From: Chthoniobacteraceae bacterium
GTDB taxonomy: Bacteria > Verrucomicrobiota > Verrucomicrobiia > Chthoniobacterales > Chthoniobacteraceae
Reading direction: 5' to 3'
Length of the DNA: 64,000 bases
NCBI GenBank assembly: GCA_037190965.1
Contig: JBBCKI010000031.1
Coordinates: 36,339 to 100,338, forward strand
A program made the position numbers and the translations under genes. Below the pieces are notes generated by a model. It had not been told where the DNA came from. It was given only the letters and a program-made list of their open reading frames with translations, and did no database searches. Shown here one piece after another: positions 61,504-64,000 of the stretch (positions are counted from its first letter, which is position 1; every line of letters starts with the position of its first letter).

Positions 61504-61893
61504 ATGATCAAGATCCTCCTTGTCGAAGACAATGAAATGAACCGCGACATGCTCAGCCGCCGGTTGACGCGACGTGGTTACCAGGTGGAAATCGCGGTGG
61601 ACGGAGGGCAGGGAGTCGAAATGGCCCACGCCCTGCAACCCGATTTGATTCTGATGGATATGAGTCTCCCCGTGCTCGACGGTTGGGAGGCAACACGGCG
61701 GCTCAAGGCCGATCCGGCCACCTGCGGCATCCCCGTCATCGCTTTGACGGCGCACGCCATGGCAGGCGACCAGGAACAGGCGCGCGCGGCGGGTTGCGAC
61801 GACTACGACACCAAGCCGGTGGAGCTTCCGCGCCTGCTCGGCAAGATCGACGGCCAGCTCGCGCGCGTCGGCAAAACGGGGACCCCCTCATGA
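61504..61893 (+). CDS. Single-domain response regulator
   Basis: ILLVEDN, LILMDMSLP, ALTAHA and TKP motifs. Confidence 0.93.
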   Translation: MIKILLVEDNEMNRDMLSRRLTRRGYQVEIAVDGGQGVEMAHALQPDLILMDMSLPVLDGWEATRRLKADPATCGIPVIALTAHAMAGDQEQARAAGCDDYDTKPVELPRLLGKIDGQLARVGKTGTPS

Positions 61894-63356
61894 GCGACCC
61901 GGTTGTCCCCGTTCCGCCCGCTCCGCCCCGGGATTCGCTCGCCCACCTGCGGCACGACCTGCGCACGCCGATCAACCATATCCTTGGGTACTCGGAGCTG
62001 CTCCAGGAAGAGCTTGAGGAAAGCGGTTCCGACGAGTTCTCCGGCGATCTGAAGAAGATCCACGGCGCGGCGCAGTCGCTTCTCAAGCTCATCAACACCC
62101 ATCTCACCCCGGAAGGCTTCGAGGCGCTGGCCTCGGGACAGCCGATCTCCGCGACGAAAAGCGAAACGACGGCCTTACCGGCGAGCTATGAGGAGCCCGA
62201 AGCCCCCATCCCGGGAAAAATCCTCGTCGTTGACGACAACCCCGAAAACCGCGAAACGCTCTGCCGACGCCTTCAGAAACAGGGGCATCTGACCGTGGAG
62301 GCGGGCGACGGCCTGGCCGCGCTGGAACGGCTCCGGAACGAAGCATTCGACTTGGTGCTACTCGATGTGATGATGCCGCGGCTCGACGGTTATTCGGCCC
62401 TGTGCGAACTGAAGGCCGACCGCTCGCTACGGGAAATTCCCGTCATCATGATCTCGGCGCTGGATGAACTCGGGAGCGTCGTCCGGTGCATCGAGGCGGG
62501 GGCAGAAGACTATCTTTCGAAACCGTTCGAGCCGACGCTCCTGCGCGCCCGCATCGGCGCGAGCCTTGAGAAGAAGACGCTACGCGATCAGGAGCGGCAT
62601 TACCTTCGCACCATCGAGGAGACACAGCGCCGCCTCGGCAAAGAGCTCGAAGAAGCCGCGAACTACGTCCGCTCCATCCTGCCGCCGCCGGTAACGGAGC
62701 CGCCCATCCGGATCGACTGGCGGTTTGTCCCTTCGACGGAACTTGGCGGCGATTCCTTCGGCTACCATTGGCTCGACGCCGATCATTTTGCCGTCTACCT
62801 CCTCGACGTCTGCGGACACGGCGTCGGCGCGGCGCTCCTTTCCGTGGCCGCCTCCAACGTGTTGCGTTCCTGCTCGCTGGCAGCCGACTTCCGCAATCCC
62901 GCGAGCGTTCTCTCGCTGCTCAACGAGACGTTCCCGATGGAGCGGCACAACAACATGTATTTCACCATCTGGTATGGCGTCTACCATCGGCCCACGCGGA
63001 CGCTGCGCCACGCCAGCGGCGGACACCCCGCCGCATTCCTGCTGAATGGCGACGCACCGGTGCAAAAACTCCGCTGCCCCGGCCTCGTTGTCGGGGTGAT
63101 GCCGGGGATTGAATACCAAAGCGAAACGATCCCGGTGCCCGAAGGAGCGCGGCTCTTCGTACTCAGCGACGGCACCTATGAGATCAAGCAGGCCGAGGCG
63201 ATGCTGGCGTTTGAGGAATTCGAAGCCTTCTTCCAACAGCATGGCAATGCGCCCGACTTTCTCGACCATCTGACCCACTGGATTAATTCGCTCAACGCCG
63301 CGAACGGCCCCGGCCCCCTGGAAGACGACTTCTCCATCGTCTGTCTCGATTTTTAG
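61890..63356 (+). CDS. HisKA(DHp)-REC-PP2C/SpoIIE phosphatase (RsbU-like)
   Basis: ATGA overlap with the upstream gene; RHDLRTPINHILGYSELL, receiver LLDVMMP, then GGDSF, DVCGHG, SDG and DDFS motifs. Confidence 0.9.
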   Translation: MSDPVVPVPPAPPRDSLAHLRHDLRTPINHILGYSELLQEELEESGSDEFSGDLKKIHGAAQSLLKLINTHLTPEGFEALASGQPISATKSETTALPASYEEPEAPIPGKILVVDDNPENRETLCRRLQKQGHLTVEAGDGLAALERLRNEAFDLVLLDVMMPRLDGYSALCELKADRSLREIPVIMISALDELGSVVRCIEAGAEDYLSKPFEPTLLRARIGASLEKKTLRDQERHYLRTIEETQRRLGKELEEAANYVRSILPPPVTEPPIRIDWRFVPSTELGGDSFGYHWLDADHFAVYLLDVCGHGVGAALLSVAASNVLRSCSLAADFRNPASVLSLLNETFPMERHNNMYFTIWYGVYHRPTRTLRHASGGHPAAFLLNGDAPVQKLRCPGLVVGVMPGIEYQSETIPVPEGARLFVLSDGTYEIKQAEAMLAFEEFEAFFQQHGNAPDFLDHLTHWINSLNAANGPGPLEDDFSIVCLDF

Positions 63357-63379
63357 TCTGTCTTGATTTTTAAGAAGAT

Positions 63380-63808
63380 ATGCCCGCCCGCCTGGATCTT
63401 GAGATTCCCAATGAACTCCCAGCCCTTGAGCCGGTAGTCCATAGTGTCATTGCCCTGCTGGAAAAACACGGCGCGGATTCCGCCGCGATCTTCGCCGCGA
63501 ATCTCGCGCTGGAGGAGTTGATCACCAATATTATTAAGTATGGCTATGACGACCAGGAGCGGCATCTCATCGGCGTGCGCGCTGAGATCGTTGATGACCG
63601 GTTCGAACTGGAGGTCACCGACGACGGCCACCCCTTCAACCCCTTCGACCAAGCCCCTCCGGACACCTCCCTGCCGCTGGAAGAGCGCCAGATTGGGGGA
63701 CTAGGCATCCACTTCGTCCGCAATATGCTAGATGAGGTTCGCTACCAACGAAACGGGAAGCACAATCTAGTCATCGTGGGCAAAGCGTTGCGCTCTGGAG
63801 ATGCATGA
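63380..63808 (+). CDS. Anti-sigma factor / Ser kinase (RsbW-like)
   Basis: LALEELITNIIKYG, DDGHPFNP and GGLGIHFV motifs. Confidence 0.92.
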   Translation: MPARLDLEIPNELPALEPVVHSVIALLEKHGADSAAIFAANLALEELITNIIKYGYDDQERHLIGVRAEIVDDRFELEVTDDGHPFNPFDQAPPDTSLPLEERQIGGLGIHFVRNMLDEVRYQRNGKHNLVIVGKALRSGDA

Positions 63809-63854
63809 CAGGAAGATCCCCGATTTAATGAGGGGTATTTGAAAGACCGGTGAA

Positions 63855-64000
63855 GGTAGCCCGCTCGCGTCGCGAGCGCGGGTATCGACTCTCATTATTC
63901 CTCAAACCTTAATCCGACAATAACTCGATTACGTCCGTCCTGCGGAGTTTTGCCCCCAATGCCACTTCTTGTCATCTCCCGCGCTCGACGGCGCGAGCGG
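63855..64000. repeat. Family-1 element, copy H (cut by window edge)
   Basis: GGTAGCCCGCTCGCGTCGCGAGCGCGGG...CCGTCCTGCGG...CCCGCGCTCGACGGCGCGAGCGG. Confidence 0.8.

Noticed and set aside
59007..61550. Long antisense ORFs here and at 27823-29835, 41099-42751, 46185-47570 and 54234-56219
   Set aside because: They mirror well-supported genes, have no motifs, and are expected from high-GC codon bias.

Overview
GC-rich bacterial chromosome segment, inferred from its gene families to be Verrucomicrobiota (PVC). Most of it is housekeeping: sucAB, pdhABC-lpdA, gndA, cysK, leuS, mnmG, nth, truA, ruvX, rapA, glgX and pgsA. It also holds two hybrid histidine kinases and an RsbU/V/W-type partner-switching module. 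Two parS sites at mnmG suggest the window is near the origin. I found no rRNA, complete tRNA, CRISPR array, transposase or integrase. The most interesting signals are non-coding. (1) A ~360-nt rod-like fold directly after the 5-formyl-THF cyclo-ligase gene, with strongly strand-biased G-U pairs (candidate structured RNA). (2) An integrase-less, apparently frozen integron cassette array (attI-like site plus four attC-like sites) at 11.9-14.8 kb. (3) The scar of a tandem duplication that placed a copy of the COG0523 GTPase promoter and 5' end in front of truA. (4) A perfect parS inside a MnmG insertion. (5) At least five kinds of intergenic hairpin elements, including a REPIN nested in a larger inverted repeat. 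All pairings and alignments were done by eye, and no database searches were run.
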